The translations under genes were made by a program, and so were the position numbers. The notes under the pieces are model-generated. The model saw only the letters and a program-made list of their open reading frames with translations. It did no database searches and was not told where the DNA came from. Shown piece by piece: positions 27,374-37,541 of a stretch of DNA of 64,000 nt. Numbering within the stretch: the first letter of the stretch is position 1; each line of letters begins with the position of its first letter. The stretch lies in the sequence record DRR723986_6279. One strand, 5' to 3'.

Positions 27374-28434
27374 CCTTTAAGCTTAAGTGCTGTTACGAAT
27401 TTACGAACAAATTCATCAAAAACTTTAGATGAAGGCGTATCATCTTGTAAAACAGCAGGTCTACCAACGTCTCCAGACTCTCTCACCGATTGAATTAATG
27501 GAATTTGGGCTAATAAAGGAACATCCATTGCTTCTGCTAGGTTCTTGGCACCATCCTGACCAAAAATGTAGTATTTATTATCTGGCAATTCAGCCGGTGT
27601 AAAATATGCCATGTTCTCTACAATCCCTAAAACAGGAACTTTGAGCGAATCCATTCTAAACATATTGATTCCTTTTCTTGCATCAGCCAATGCAACTTCT
27701 TGAGGTGTACTTACAATGATGGCTCCCGTTAATGGAACGTTTTGCACCAATGTTAAATGGACATCTCCGGTTCCTGGAGGTAAATCCACAATCATGAAAT
27801 CCAACTCACCCCAATCGGCATCTTTAAACATTTGATTTAAAGCCTTGGTTGCCATTGGTCCTCTCCAAACAACCGCTTGGTCAGGATCTGCAAAGAAACC
27901 AATGGATAAGATCTTCACACCATAAGATTCAACTGGTTTAATCAAAGTCTTACCGTCTACCTCAACACCTTGTGGTCTATGTCCTACAACATCAAACATG
28001 GTCGGCGCAGATGGTCCGTAAATATCAGCATCAACAAGACCTACTTTGTATCCCATTTTTGCTAAACCTGCAGCCAAATTTGAAGTAACGGTAGATTTCC
28101 CTACCCCGCCTTTTCCAGATGCCACGGCAATAATGTTCTTCACATTTGAAAGTACCGATCTCACTTCTGGCTCTTTATCTTTTGGTAAAGGTTGTAATGA
28201 AATTTCTGCGTCAACATCTTTTCCAAATGCTCGCTCTAATTGAAATTCAAGCGCCTCTTGCATACGTTTTTTAGCATGCATTGCCGGATTGTATACCTTA
28301 ACGACAAAAGAAATTTTATTGCCATCTATTTTGATATCTTCCACCAAATCAAGGGTAATGATATCCTTTTTTAAGTCTGGCTCAATTACCTTCTTAAGCG
28401 CTTCTTTTACTGCCTCTACTGTTATATTCGTCAT
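27370..28434 (-). CDS. Mrp/NBP35 (ApbC) Fe-S carrier ATPase
   Basis: SGKGGVGKST, DADIYGPS, DLPPGTGD, VENM; start moved to MTNIT. Confidence 0.93.
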   Translation of the reverse strand: MTNITVEAVKEALKKVIEPDLKKDIITLDLVEDIKIDGNKISFVVKVYNPAMHAKKRMQEALEFQLERAFGKDVDAEISLQPLPKDKEPEVRSVLSNVKNIIAVASGKGGVGKSTVTSNLAAGLAKMGYKVGLVDADIYGPSAPTMFDVVGHRPQGVEVDGKTLIKPVESYGVKILSIGFFADPDQAVVWRGPMATKALNQMFKDADWGELDFMIVDLPPGTGDVHLTLVQNVPLTGAIIVSTPQEVALADARKGINMFRMDSLKVPVLGIVENMAYFTPAELPDNKYYIFGQDGAKNLAEAMDVPLLAQIPLIQSVRESGDVGRPAVLQDDTPSSKVFDEFVRKFVTALKLKG

Positions 28435-28526
28435 ATCAACTACAAAGCTAATAACATTCTTTAACAAAATTGCTTTTAAGAGCTGTTCTAGACTGAGTAA
28501 ATTCAAATTGAAATTTTTTTAAACAA

Positions 28527-29519
28527 ATGAAATACTTACAACTTTTAATCCTATTGTTCAGTCCCCTTCTTAATGTCGTTGGACAAGAAAAAATCGAAAA
28601 GACCACCAACCTTTCCTATTCAATAATAAAATCAAATGACACGATTAATTACATCAAAATAGGTGAGGATTCCTCCCCAAAGCCTACCCTCCTTTTTCTA
28701 CAAGGCTCGCTTCCATCTCCCCTTATAATTGATTTTGGCGATATCCGACATACGAACCTTCCATTCAAACCGGGCGAAATAAGCAAATCTTTTAACATTG
28801 TTATTATTTCTATGCCTTACACCCCACTGATTGCAAACCAAAACCAATTAAATAAATCGTTTAGCTTCATCACAGATACCTCTAACGAACAATCTTTTCA
28901 TCCGGAGTTCATTGCAGCAAACCATCTTGATAATTATATAAAAAGAGCAGAAAAAGTCATCAAAGACATGGCGTCCAAAGAATGGTTTCTAAAAGATCAA
29001 ATTCATCTCATTGGTCATTCTCAAGGAGCTAAGGTTGCCACAGTTTTGGCCTCAAGAAACAAGAAAATCGCAACTGTCTCTTTATTAGGTTTTAATCCAT
29101 TTGGAAGGTTTGATGAATTAATTAGGAAAGAACGTACTAAACTGTCAAATGGTGAAATTGATGGAGATGAATATTTTAATAATCTTACCGAACTCTACGT
29201 TACATGGGAAAACATTACGGCAAATAAAGAGAATAATTTAGATTGGAACTCCTTCTCAATTGACTACACTCCATTTTTGCTTAAAATTAAATCACCAATT
29301 TTCGTAGGATTTGGAACAGAAGACATCATTGCTGAAAATTGTGATTTACTTCCGCTTAAATTTATTGAGAATAAAAAATCCAATTTACATTTATCACCCT
29401 ACCCTGGTCTTGATCATAATTTTTTCAGCCAAAAAGATGGGCGGCCAGATTATGCAAACGGCGGGCATTGGGACAAAGTAGTTAAAGATATCTTGAATTG
29501 GGTAGCGTCAAAAGAATAA
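28527..29519 (+). CDS. Exported alpha/beta hydrolase
   Basis: GHSQG, GTED, DH; signal peptide. Confidence 0.8.
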   Translation: MKYLQLLILLFSPLLNVVGQEKIEKTTNLSYSIIKSNDTINYIKIGEDSSPKPTLLFLQGSLPSPLIIDFGDIRHTNLPFKPGEISKSFNIVIISMPYTPLIANQNQLNKSFSFITDTSNEQSFHPEFIAANHLDNYIKRAEKVIKDMASKEWFLKDQIHLIGHSQGAKVATVLASRNKKIATVSLLGFNPFGRFDELIRKERTKLSNGEIDGDEYFNNLTELYVTWENITANKENNLDWNSFSIDYTPFLLKIKSPIFVGFGTEDIIAENCDLLPLKFIENKKSNLHLSPYPGLDHNFFSQKDGRPDYANGGHWDKVVKDILNWVASKE

Positions 29520-29524
29520 AAAGC

Positions 29525-30295
29525 TTATTTCTTTTTAAATGCGTTAATTGCGTTTTTGGTGAAATCGGATAATACTAATTCACCTGAAATTGCTGCTCTC
29601 ACTTTTAACAAGTTGTCCCAAGTCTCTGTTCCTTCCCAGAATACTTTTTTCAATTTTGCCATTGACTCTGGATTTGATCCGGCTAGTTTGGCTGCCAATG
29701 CTTGAATTCCAGCATCCATTTCTTCTGCAGAATCAAAAACATCCATATATAAGCCTTTTTCTCTTGCCCATTCTGCTGTTTGGAATTCAGTAGCATTAAT
29801 CGTCATTTGAGAAAAAGCAGATAATCCAACTTTTCTTTGAACGGCAGGACCAACCACATATGGCCCGATTCCAACTGCCAACTCAGAAAGCTTAACTGAA
29901 GCAAATTTTGTTGCAAAACAATAATCCACAGCTGATGCGATTCCTACTCCGCCACCTACTGCTTTACCTTGAACTCTTCCGATAACCAACTTCGGACATT
30001 TTCTAATGGCATTAATCACATTAGCGAATCCTGAAAAGAATTCTAGTCCCGTTTTTTCATCATTAATCGCGATTAATTCATCAAACGAAGCACCGCCACA
30101 AAAAGCTCTTTCTCCCGCCGATTTTAGGATGATCACTTTTACGTCATTTTGCGCACCAATATCTGTAATGGTTTTTCGCAATTTCTCTAAAATTTTACCT
30201 GGTAGTGAATTGCTTAACGGATGCCCAAACTCAATTGTTGCGATTCCGTGTTCTGAAATTTCTACATTTACGTGTCCTTGATTTATTGCGCTCAT
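29525..30295 (-). CDS. Enoyl-CoA hydratase/isomerase family protein
   Basis: AFCGGA, GKAVGGG, LSELAVG crotonase motifs. Confidence 0.9.
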   Translation of the reverse strand: MSAINQGHVNVEISEHGIATIEFGHPLSNSLPGKILEKLRKTITDIGAQNDVKVIILKSAGERAFCGGASFDELIAINDEKTGLEFFSGFANVINAIRKCPKLVIGRVQGKAVGGGVGIASAVDYCFATKFASVKLSELAVGIGPYVVGPAVQRKVGLSAFSQMTINATEFQTAEWAREKGLYMDVFDSAEEMDAGIQALAAKLAGSNPESMAKLKKVFWEGTETWDNLLKVRAAISGELVLSDFTKNAINAFKKK

Positions 30296-30299
30296 CTAT

Positions 30300-30674
30300 C
30301 TAGCTTTTACTTTTTTGTTCATTAATTGCTTCTTGCCAGGCTGGCTGATCTTTTCTATTATGTAGTTGCATCTTATAGACCTTTCCATCTCCATCTTTCA
30401 AAATTAGTCTCTTCGTAAAACCGAATCGCTTTAATTCATGGTCTACTTGATCTATTGGAATTTCGATCAAGTGCTCTACTCCTTTATTATATCCAAGAGA
30501 ATCTTCCATTTTTTTTGCTATTTTATTCCCAATAAGGCCATGATCAGTTTGAAGACGCTCATGTTCGCCAGAAAACAATAACCTTTTATTCGTCAACACA
30601 ATTTCTCCATTGTAAAGCTTTGTTGCTGATTCAAAATAACCTGCCTTGGCCTTTAGTATTATTTCTTCTTCCAT
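30300..30674 (-). CDS. Hypothetical protein, PH/GRAM-like
   Basis: GEIVLTNKRLLF and C-terminal W-containing helix. Confidence 0.55.
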   Translation of the reverse strand: MEEEIILKAKAGYFESATKLYNGEIVLTNKRLLFSGEHERLQTDHGLIGNKIAKKMEDSLGYNKGVEHLIEIPIDQVDHELKRFGFTKRLILKDGDGKVYKMQLHNRKDQPAWQEAINEQKSKS

Positions 30675-30675
30675 C

Positions 30676-32727
30676 TTATTTGCTTTGATCTATTTTCTTA
30701 ACCATTGTCAAAATCGTAGCAACACCAATTGTGTCACCTGTTTCATCATACATATCCACCAAGAATTTTACAATTCCTTTGGCTACATCTGCATCATTCT
30801 TTTTCTCTTGGTCGATTTTTTCTTTCACTGTGAAACGCACTCCCATTGTCGTTCCGATATAAACCGGTTTTGTGAATCGACATTCATCAATTCCGTAGTT
30901 TAATAAAACCGGCCCTTTTTTAGGATCAACGAACAAACCAGCTGCTTTAGCTAGTACGAAATAGCCATGGGCCACTCTTTGCTCAAACATGGTTCCATCT
31001 AAGGAGGTTGCATCAACATGTGCGTAGAAATTATCACCCGAAACGTTCGCAAAATTCACGATATCAGCTTCTGTGACGGTATGCTTGTGGGTAAAAACAG
31101 TATCCCCGACTTTCAATTCTTCAAAATGTTGTCTAAACACATGAGGATTTGCCTCTGGTTGATCTGCTCCGTATTGGAATTGTTTTGTAATCGCAGTAAT
31201 GGTTTGCGGATGACCTTGAATGGCAGTTCTTTGCAAGTAATGTTTTACTCCCCTGATTCCACCCATTTCTTCACCTCCACCAGCTCTACCTGGTCCACCA
31301 TGAATCAACATTGGCATTGGAGAACCGTGACCTGTAGATTCTGCCGCACATCTTTCGTTCAGGATATGGATTCTTCCGTGCATTGAAGCCGCTTCAACCG
31401 TGTATTCAGTAGCGATATCCATATCTGAAGTGATAATAGAAGATACTAATGATCCTTTCCCAAGTCTGGCAATCGCAACTGCATCTGCCAAGTCTTTATA
31501 AGGCATTAAGGTTGTTACAGGACCAAAGCACTCAATGTTATGAGCACCAGTTTTGTTGTGTGGGTCATCATTTCTAAAAACAATTGGTGCCATGAAGGCA
31601 CCTTTATTTTTATCTGCTCCAATCACTTCAAAATCATCTAAATCACCAATAACAATATTTTGTTCTTTCTGTAATAATTCAATATTTGCTCGGACACGTT
31701 CAACTTGTAAACGCGTTGCCAAAGAACCCATTCTCACTGATTTGTCAGCAGGGTCTCCAACTGTATTTTTTGCCAATCGCGCCGCTAAAGCAGATTGCAC
31801 GTCATCCATCAATTCTTCAGGAACAATAACTCTTCTTACTGAAGTACATTTTTGACCTGCTTTGATGGTAATTTCTTTTTGAACTTCTTTAATGAAGATG
31901 TCAAAATCCTTAGTTCCAGGAACTGCATCTTTACCTAATACTGCCGCATTCAAAGAATCACACTCTAGGTTAAAAGAAACGTTGTCGTTTTGGATATTAT
32001 CTAGATTTCCGATTATCGCACCAGTTGCAGCTGATCCTGTAAAAGTCACGGTATCTTCTGCACCAGCAAAATCAACTACTCCTCTTCCCAATCCAACAAC
32101 TAATTGAAGTGCACCTTCAGGTAAAATCTTAGAATCAATGATATCTCTTACCATTACCTCAGTCAAGTAACAGGTATATTCAGATGGCTTCACAACAGCT
32201 GGAACTCCAGCCAGAAGGTTCACCGCAATTTTTTCAAGCATCCCCCAAATTGGGAAGTTGAATGCGTTGATATGAATGGCAACGCCTTGTTTAGGCACCA
32301 TGATATGATGACCAATAAAAGACCCACCTTTAGAAAGTGGTACAGCATTTCCTTCAACATGATAAGGTAAATCCGGCAATTGTCTTCTCAATGATGCGTT
32401 GGCAAATAAGTTTCCAATTCCACCTTCAATATCAATCCAAGAATCTACTCTTGTTGCACCTGTCCATGCTGAAACTTCGTAATATTTTCTTTTGTTGGAC
32501 TGTAAAAAGAGGGCCAATTCTTTCAACATTAACCCTCTTTGAGTAAAGGTCATTTTTCTCAAAGCGCGTCCGCCTTTCTCTTTGGCGTAATCCATCATCC
32601 CAGAATAATCTAGGCCAACTGATGAACATGTTCCGAATTGTTCTCCTGTAATTGCGTTAAAAAGTTCTGTCTCTACCCCTTCTCCACTAATCCATTCTCC
32701 TTTGACATAATTCTGATAATTTGTCAT
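30676..32727 (-). CDS. paaZ: Bifunctional aldehyde dehydrogenase / MaoC hydratase PaaZ
   Basis: INAFNFP, FTGS, GQKCT, ECFGP plus C-terminal MaoC domain (SGDNFYAH, VAHG). Confidence 0.92.
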   Translation of the reverse strand: MTNYQNYVKGEWISGEGVETELFNAITGEQFGTCSSVGLDYSGMMDYAKEKGGRALRKMTFTQRGLMLKELALFLQSNKRKYYEVSAWTGATRVDSWIDIEGGIGNLFANASLRRQLPDLPYHVEGNAVPLSKGGSFIGHHIMVPKQGVAIHINAFNFPIWGMLEKIAVNLLAGVPAVVKPSEYTCYLTEVMVRDIIDSKILPEGALQLVVGLGRGVVDFAGAEDTVTFTGSAATGAIIGNLDNIQNDNVSFNLECDSLNAAVLGKDAVPGTKDFDIFIKEVQKEITIKAGQKCTSVRRVIVPEELMDDVQSALAARLAKNTVGDPADKSVRMGSLATRLQVERVRANIELLQKEQNIVIGDLDDFEVIGADKNKGAFMAPIVFRNDDPHNKTGAHNIECFGPVTTLMPYKDLADAVAIARLGKGSLVSSIITSDMDIATEYTVEAASMHGRIHILNERCAAESTGHGSPMPMLIHGGPGRAGGGEEMGGIRGVKHYLQRTAIQGHPQTITAITKQFQYGADQPEANPHVFRQHFEELKVGDTVFTHKHTVTEADIVNFANVSGDNFYAHVDATSLDGTMFEQRVAHGYFVLAKAAGLFVDPKKGPVLLNYGIDECRFTKPVYIGTTMGVRFTVKEKIDQEKKNDADVAKGIVKFLVDMYDETGDTIGVATILTMVKKIDQSK

Positions 32728-32806
32728 GATTGCTCTGAATTTTGAAGTATAAAATTAGCAATTTTATTAAGCAATCTTGGGAATTAGCAAGAAGAAATTA
32801 CGTTTG

Positions 32807-34321
32807 TTATTCTTTAGAAAATTTCAAAGTTTGAGACCCTGATTCGGTGTTCACAAAAAGAAAATAAAATCCAGACTCAAGGGCAACCACATCAATTTGA
32901 TGAAGTTTTGACCCAACAGTTACTGAATTCAGCACTTTACCCGACATGTCAATTAGCTGAAAATCCGTTATCAATTCGGACGACTTAAGATTCAATAAAT
33001 TTTCGACTGGATTTGGGTAAAGCTCCAGTTTAAACTCAACCATTTTCTCTATTCCTACATCATCTTGAACAACAGCAACAAATCTTTGATTTTCTCCGGA
33101 TGCTAAAATATCATTGAATTCTCTGACATCTATTTCCCATGTTCCTGGCGTGACAAACTCTAATTCTGTAGTAGAACTATTGCTATTCATCACTTCAACA
33201 ATATTTACAGCATCAAATTCCCATAAATACTCAGAACCAGATTGATTAGTCACTTCAAAAACATAATTATCGTTGAGTCCCAAATAAACCGTGTCTGGAC
33301 TGATTTTGGAAGTGTTTGGTTTAATTAAATTATGAATAAAACTGGTTGTAAAAGGCAACAGTGTATCTCCCCAAAAACTATTTGGTACTGGATCCCAGGT
33401 TCCATTATTTGAGCCATCCATCATGTGGATATCCATATCATTGACGTAGATTTCATAAGGCACCCCTACCGCATCACATTGATTTTTAATAGGGAGCGAA
33501 CCATAGGTAGTTGGTAATGTTGGCAGACCAAAGGGAAAGCCTACGTTGTAAGGCACGGTGCCATCCTGAGTACCGTGCATCATCATGATGGGCTCATCTC
33601 CGGCTTGCATAAAAGTCGTGTCAATAGTTGCTCCCCAAAAATCGAGCACCGCTCTTACCTCTGAGGTAGGAGAAAAATTGTTCCCTGAACAATCAAGACA
33701 TCCTAAATCATTAACTGTTCCTCCACCGTAAGTGCTTGCAGGACGCTCAGATTCCAAATCCAAATAAGCAACGTGATAAGCAATAAATCCACCGGCAGAC
33801 ATCCCTCCGATAAACACATTGTTGGTATCGATATTATAGGCCGCGTAATTTTCCTTAAAAAATCGAACAGCAGCTTTTCCATCTTGTACTGCTCGATAAA
33901 CTGCTCGTTCAGCACTTTCAGTATCTAAAGGATCAAAGCCTTTTCTATAATCTATTGTTGCTGTAACGAAACCCTTTCGAGCAAACGTATCACAAATGGC
34001 TTGCATGTTATCTACATCTTTAGAACCATTAATAAAACCTCCGGCATGTGCGAATATGATCACAGGTCTGTTGGTATTTAGATCTCCTACTGGTTCAAAA
34101 ATATCCATATCTAAATCTACCGTCCAATAAGGCCATACCCATTGAGGTGCCGTGGCGTACTGAACATCTTGAATTGATGCGGATCCGAAGATTGATTGTT
34201 GATAACGATTCGTATCTAATACTTGTGCTTTCGAAGAAAACGACAGAAAAATTATGGGCAGCAAATTGAAAATATGGTAGTAGCGTTTTTGCATAGCAAC
34301 AAAATACTCATCTCTAATCAA
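32807..34321 (-). CDS. Secreted carboxylesterase/lipase-like hydrolase with T9SS type A CTD
   Basis: HAGGF, GMSAG, HGTQD; LYPNP...SGFYF...KFSKE; exact start uncertain. Confidence 0.85.
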   Translation of the reverse strand: MIRDEYFVAMQKRYYHIFNLLPIIFLSFSSKAQVLDTNRYQQSIFGSASIQDVQYATAPQWVWPYWTVDLDMDIFEPVGDLNTNRPVIIFAHAGGFINGSKDVDNMQAICDTFARKGFVTATIDYRKGFDPLDTESAERAVYRAVQDGKAAVRFFKENYAAYNIDTNNVFIGGMSAGGFIAYHVAYLDLESERPASTYGGGTVNDLGCLDCSGNNFSPTSEVRAVLDFWGATIDTTFMQAGDEPIMMMHGTQDGTVPYNVGFPFGLPTLPTTYGSLPIKNQCDAVGVPYEIYVNDMDIHMMDGSNNGTWDPVPNSFWGDTLLPFTTSFIHNLIKPNTSKISPDTVYLGLNDNYVFEVTNQSGSEYLWEFDAVNIVEVMNSNSSTTELEFVTPGTWEIDVREFNDILASGENQRFVAVVQDDVGIEKMVEFKLELYPNPVENLLNLKSSELITDFQLIDMSGKVLNSVTVGSKLHQIDVVALESGFYFLFVNTESGSQTLKFSKE

Positions 34322-34340
34322 ACTTCAAAAAAGAATTAGC

Positions 34341-35309
34341 TTAAATAGCCGAAATTATCGCTGAAATTACCTCTTTCACCGATTGGTTATTTGCACGAAT
34401 CATCTGCGGAACTATACTTTCTTTCGACATTCCTGGGTTGGTATTTACTTCTATTAAGAATGCTTCCCCTTCTTTATCCACCATATAATCTATACGCGCC
34501 AAGCCTTTCAAGCCTAATCTTCTGTATACATTTTTGGAGGTATCCTGAATGGATTTAGTCCACTCGGCAGATATATCGGCAGGCGTAATTTCTGATGATT
34601 TACCTTCATACTTCGCTGTATAGTCGAAATATTCGTTATGCGAAATAATTTCAGTTAAAGGAAGCGCATAGACTCCGTTTTTATCTGAATAAAGTCCACA
34701 AGTAATTTCTTTTCCTGCTAAAAAAGACTCAATGACAACTTCATCCCCTTCAGAAAAAGCCTTGGCAATCGCATCAGGCATTTCCATTAAAGTTTTGACC
34801 TTAGAAATTCCGAAGCTAGAACCACCGTCATTTGGTTTAACAAAACATGGGAAACCTAATTCATCCGCAATTTCTATTGGATTAGGAGTTTCTCCTCTTC
34901 TAATCAAAATTGCTTTAGCAGTTGGAATTCCAAATGCTCTTAAAAAACTATTACATGCCCACTTATTAAAGGTCAATGATGCCGCAAACGCGTTCGAGTT
35001 TACGTAGGGCAAACCGATCATATCAAAGTAGGCTTGTAATTTCCCATCTTCACCTGGTGTACCGTGAATGGTTATAAAAGCCAAATCGAATGATTGAACC
35101 TGCTCTTCAACTAAAAAAGTAAATTTGTTTTTATCAATCGGGTAGACACCTCCTTTATCGTGGACATGCCAGCTATTTTCAGTAATTTCTACTAAGAAAG
35201 GATGATATAAATCTCGATCCATTTCTTCAAAAATGGTTCCGGCGCTTTTTTGTGAAATTTTACTTTCTGAAGAGTAGCCACCATATATTACTGCAACTTT
35301 TTTTTTCAT
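34341..35309 (-). CDS. ddl: D-alanine--D-alanine ligase
   Basis: GGYSSE, HGTPGEDG, GSSFG, EVNTNPGM. Confidence 0.95.
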   Translation of the reverse strand: MKKKVAVIYGGYSSESKISQKSAGTIFEEMDRDLYHPFLVEITENSWHVHDKGGVYPIDKNKFTFLVEEQVQSFDLAFITIHGTPGEDGKLQAYFDMIGLPYVNSNAFAASLTFNKWACNSFLRAFGIPTAKAILIRRGETPNPIEIADELGFPCFVKPNDGGSSFGISKVKTLMEMPDAIAKAFSEGDEVVIESFLAGKEITCGLYSDKNGVYALPLTEIISHNEYFDYTAKYEGKSSEITPADISAEWTKSIQDTSKNVYRRLGLKGLARIDYMVDKEGEAFLIEVNTNPGMSKESIVPQMIRANNQSVKEVISAIISAI

Positions 35310-35317
35310 AAACCCTA

Positions 35318-35782
35318 TTAAAAGAAGGACATAAATTCTTCGTTGGTCATCTTATAAGTGTAATCCATTTTCCATTTCTTGGTTAAAAAGAGAACACCAG
35401 CTTTTAAATCACCTTTCAAATTAAAATCAATTCCATTTCCAATGATCAGATTCCAAATTGACGAGAAAGCACTTTTCACAAAGCTACCAGCATCACCTAC
35501 TAGCATGAACGGATACGCACCTTCAGATTTTCTTTTAATTTTTATTTTTTCCGCAATTCTCACCCATCCACAATCTTGATCTGCAATTTTCAAAAACATA
35601 GATGATGGTTTAATTACAACTCCAATTTTATTCGGATTTTCAATGATGTAATCAAAACCAATATACATTTTACCGTCAGTTCTCTCAACGCTAAAATTTT
35701 CCATTCCTTTAAAAATTAAATCTTCAAAAGCATTTGCTTGAAGACTCAACGATAGAATGAAAATGACCAATAATCGCTTCAT
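35318..35782 (-). CDS. Hypothetical exported protein, LEA type 2/WHy-like
   Basis: Signal peptide, IENPN motif, beta-rich. Confidence 0.5.
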   Translation of the reverse strand: MKRLLVIFILSLSLQANAFEDLIFKGMENFSVERTDGKMYIGFDYIIENPNKIGVVIKPSSMFLKIADQDCGWVRIAEKIKIKRKSEGAYPFMLVGDAGSFVKSAFSSIWNLIIGNGIDFNLKGDLKAGVLFLTKKWKMDYTYKMTNEEFMSFF

Positions 35783-35783
35783 T

Positions 35784-37169
35784 TTAGTTGGATTTTAATT
35801 TGGCATAATTTGCATAAAACAAAGGAATGGTTTCTATTCCTTTATAATAGTTGAATAAACCATAGTGCTCATTTGGAGAATGAATTGCATCCGAGTCTAA
35901 ACCGAACCCAAACAAAACAGTTTTTATTCCAAGTACTCTTTCAAACATAGCAACGATAGGAATTGAACCTCCTGATCTCAACGGAATCGGTTTTTTACCA
36001 AAAGTAGTTTCCATAGCCATAGATGCCGCTCTGTACTCATCAGAATCTACTGGTGTTACAGCTGGTTCTCCACCGTGATGAGGCGTTACTTTTACAGTAA
36101 TCCCCTGTGGTGCCAGCGTTTTGAAGTAATCTTCAAATAATTTAGTGATCACATTATAATCTTGGTTGGGAACCAGTCTCATAGAGATTTTTGCATAAGC
36201 TTTAGATGCAATTACGGTTTTAGCCCCTTCACCGATATATCCACCCCAAATTCCGTTAACATCTAAGGTTGGTCTTACAGTTGCTCTTTCTAAAGTTGAA
36301 TAACCATTTTCACCACTTACGTCATTTATTCCTAAAGCATCACAATATGCTTGGACAGAAAATGGTGCATTAGCCATTAGCGTTTTTTCTTCTTCACTTA
36401 TCGTTTCTACTTGATCATAAAAGCCTGGTATGGTGATGTGATTATTTTCATCCTTCAAAGCCGCAATCATTTTTGATAGTGCATTAATTGGATTCGCTAC
36501 GGCTCCACCGTATAGTCCTGAATGTAAATCTCTATTTGGACCCGTCACTTCAACTTCAACGTAACTCAACCCTCTCAACCCAGTTGTGATTGTAGGAATG
36601 TCATTGGCCATAATTCCGGTATCTGAAACAAGAATAACATCTGCTTTAAATTTCTCTGCATTTGCTTTAATTACATCCTCCAGATTTTCAGAACCTACCT
36701 CTTCTTCACCTTCTATTAAGAACTTAACATTACAGGGCAAGGAATTGGTTTTCACCATGGCCTCAAATGCCTTTACTTGCATGTACATTTGTCCTTTATC
36801 GTCACAGGCACCTCTTGCAAAAATGGCCCCTTCTGGGTGAATCTTCGTTTTTTTAATCACTGGCTCAAACGGTCCAGACTCCCACAAATCAATGGGATCT
36901 GGTGGCTGAACGTCATAATGTCCGTAAACCAGCACAGTGGGTAGGTTCGGGTCTATAATTTTATCTCCATAAACGATTGGATGTCCTGCAGTTTCTATCA
37001 ATTCAATATGCTCTGCTCCAGAATCGCTCAATCTCACACTCAAGTCTTCAGCCATTTTTCTTACATCTCCCGCATAAGCTGAATCTGCACTGATAGATGG
37101 GATTTTTAGAATCTCAATAAGTTCATCTAGAAATCGTTGCTTGTTGTCTTGAATGTAATCGTTTATCAT
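35784..37169 (-). CDS. M20 family dipeptidase
   Basis: YGHYDVQP, RGACDDKG, EGEEE, HSPNE. Confidence 0.93.
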   Translation of the reverse strand: MINDYIQDNKQRFLDELIEILKIPSISADSAYAGDVRKMAEDLSVRLSDSGAEHIELIETAGHPIVYGDKIIDPNLPTVLVYGHYDVQPPDPIDLWESGPFEPVIKKTKIHPEGAIFARGACDDKGQMYMQVKAFEAMVKTNSLPCNVKFLIEGEEEVGSENLEDVIKANAEKFKADVILVSDTGIMANDIPTITTGLRGLSYVEVEVTGPNRDLHSGLYGGAVANPINALSKMIAALKDENNHITIPGFYDQVETISEEEKTLMANAPFSVQAYCDALGINDVSGENGYSTLERATVRPTLDVNGIWGGYIGEGAKTVIASKAYAKISMRLVPNQDYNVITKLFEDYFKTLAPQGITVKVTPHHGGEPAVTPVDSDEYRAASMAMETTFGKKPIPLRSGGSIPIVAMFERVLGIKTVLFGFGLDSDAIHSPNEHYGLFNYYKGIETIPLFYANYAKLKSN

Positions 37170-37232
37170 GGAAATTGTGTTTCGGGTAAAATTAGCAATT
37201 GTTTAGTTCAATTTAATTATTGGTTAAAATAA

Positions 37233-37415
37233 AATCTATTAAAGCAATTAGAATTCTTAATTCAAATCCTTGACTTAAATGGTAGAACCATAATGACTTT
37301 TAATTCATTAGATCAATCGAGTTTTGATTTAACAAATTATTCTTCAGGGATTTATCAAGTCATTTTCCGATCAGAATCTGAAATAGAAACTATTAAAATA
37401 ATCAAGATGGATTAG
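37233..37415 (+). pseudogene. Orphan fragment of a T9SS type A C-terminal domain
   Basis: Open frame with no suitable start: ...IQILDLNGRTIMTFNSLDQSSFDLTNYSSGIYQVIFRSESEIETIKIIKMD*. Confidence 0.7.
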
Positions 37416-37440
37416 GTTTATTTTTAAGTACTTATATTTA

Positions 37441-37473
37441 GGAGCCGTAAATTATAACGGCTCCTTTTTTTTT
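37441..37473 (+). terminator. Intrinsic terminator
   Basis: GGAGCCGT-AAATTATA-ACGGCTCC plus T9. Confidence 0.85.
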
Positions 37474-37541
37474 GGTGCAACCTTTTAAAATTATGAGCCG
37501 TCTTTACTGTACTTGAAAACACAAATAAATCAAAAAGTCAA

